DNA of 20,814 bases, taken from contig NW_021823900.1 in the NCBI RefSeq assembly GCF_006345805.1, forward strand, positions 1 to 20,814. Direction: 5' to 3'. Shown here in pieces: positions 19,482 through 20,814 of this stretch. The position numbers and the translations under genes were made by a program. The notes below the pieces were generated by a model. It was given only the letters and a program-made list of their open reading frames with translations, was not told the origin of the DNA and did no database searches. This stretch comes from Octopus sinensis (lineage: Eukaryota). The stretch's first letter is position 1; the number at the start of each line of letters is the position of its first letter.

Positions 19482-19693
19482 TTTCCTGCTCACTATAACT
19501 GTGGTCTTTACAGGGATTATTTGGAGGTTGTTTTCAGTTCAAGCTTTTACATCTTTCTTAATTCTTTGACGAACTCATCTTTGAGAACAAGATTATCAAC
19601 ACAGAGGAGGGGAGTTGGTGTTAAACTCATCTGTTATTGTCTGAGGACTATAATAAACAGGAAGAGGTTGAAAAGTGAGCCTTGTCTGACACC
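19482..19693 (-). pseudogene. Decayed non-LTR reverse transcriptase fragment, RTE-like
   Basis: Minus strand with frameshifts: GVRQGSLFNLFLFIIVL / TITDEFNTNSP / CVDNLVL (YADD-equivalent) ... IPVKTTVIVSRK. This matches the RT GV.QG...P.LF, YADD and N..KT motifs. Confidence 0.75.
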
Positions 19694-19868
19694 TCACTCC
19701 TCATAGGCCACATCATCCAGTACATGTATTGGAATATTGGACAGTTTTGTTATTGGGTAGGGCTTATGGTATGCTCTGGATGCTCTATACATATACATAT
19801 TCATGCATATGCATACATACATACATACACGTATGTGTGTGTGTGTGTGTGTATGTACATACATATAT

Positions 19869-20100
19869 GTTTCTTTATTACCCACAAGGGGTTAAACATA
19901 GAGGAGACAAACAAGGACAGAAAAACGGATTAAGTCGATTACATCGACTCCAGTGCATAACTGGTACTTAATTTATCAACCCCCCGAAAGGATGAAAGGC
20001 AAAGTCGACCTCGGCGGAATTTGAACTCCGAACGTCAAGACAGATGAAATACGCTACGCATGTCGCCCGGCGTGCTAACGATTCTGCCAGCTCGCCGCTT
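19869..20100 (-). mobile_element. SINE family B monomer, full length
   Basis: Minus-strand head gcggcgagctggcagaatcgttag...gagttcaaattccgccg. 16-bp TSD atgtacatacatatat at 19853-19868 and 20102-20117. Confidence 0.9.
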
Positions 20101-20213
20101 GATGTACATACATATATATATATATATATATAATATATAATAATAGGGTAATAAGAAATTATTATTACGAGTGGCCTAGCACAAAAACGAATTAGTCATT
20201 AGACTATATATTA

Positions 20214-20566
20214 ACAAAAAAAAAAGGGTAAAGACCCCCTTCGGTCATGAATGACCATAGGATTGCACCTAGAAAGTTACCCTCCAAGGCACAAGTCCGG
20301 GCAAGGTTGTTTATGGAAGACCAGCAGTCGCCCATGCATACCAGCCTCCCCTCTCCAGCCACCAGTGTTATCCAAGGGAAAGGCAAAGGTCGATACAGCC
20401 TTGGCACCAGTGACGTCGCAACTCATTTCTACAGCTGAGTGAACTGGAGCAACGTGAAATAAAGTGCCTTGCTCAAGAACACAACATGCAGCCCGGTCCG
20501 GGATTCGAGCTCACAACCTTACGATCGTAAGCTCGACGCTCTAACCACTGAGCCATGCGCCTTCAC
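20214..20566 (-). mobile_element. SINE family D, full length, tRNA-derived head plus CORE-like segment
   Basis: Minus-strand A box TGGCTCAGTGG and B box GCTCGAATCC, then gtgttcttgagcaaggcacttt, with a T-rich tail. 13-bp TSD agactatatatta at 20201-20213 and 20567-20579. Confidence 0.92.
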
Positions 20567-20814
20567 AGACTATATATTATTCACATAGAAATACAATAAG
20601 AGGCTTCCAAATAGGAAAGCCTTGTGCTAGAAAGAGCAGTAGAAAACTCAAAACCACCAAATAAGGATAAATTTTCTAAAATTGAATAATGATTAGTATT
20701 AAGTAAATGCTGTACAAATCAGCTGATTCTCAATTGATCCACAAGGACTGTTAAAGTCATCTTTTTAGCGGGAATTTAATTCCACATGGAAAGCATCCTG
20801 TAAAGTATTTAATG

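Overview
AT-rich, repeat-dense eukaryotic non-coding DNA. The repeat content (tRNA-headed SINEs with internal TA/TG microsatellites, long TA/AG/CAT tracts) looks like an Octopus (coleoid cephalopod) genome; this is inferred by recognition, not by a database search. I cannot support any intact protein-coding gene, and almost all ORFs in the supplied track are microsatellite or SINE read-throughs. Supportable content: about 15 copies or fragments of four tRNA-derived SINE families (called A-D here, several with clean TSDs); a canonical non-autonomous Helitron; two copies of a TIR element carrying TTAGGG repeats; a CR1 3' end; an RTE-like RT fragment; a heavily decayed Ty3/Gypsy Mag-like gag-protease remnant; a probable Penelope-like terminal repeat with a degenerate minimal hammerhead motif; a 230-bp tandem array; and a 37-bp minisatellite with 4-mer higher-order structure. 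The most unusual signal is a recurring set of template-switch-type rearrangements: a 43-bp direct duplication and a 126-bp inverted duplication around the TIR elements, inverted flanks around the Penelope-like insert, a two-template chimeric duplication, and a hairpin micro-inversion.
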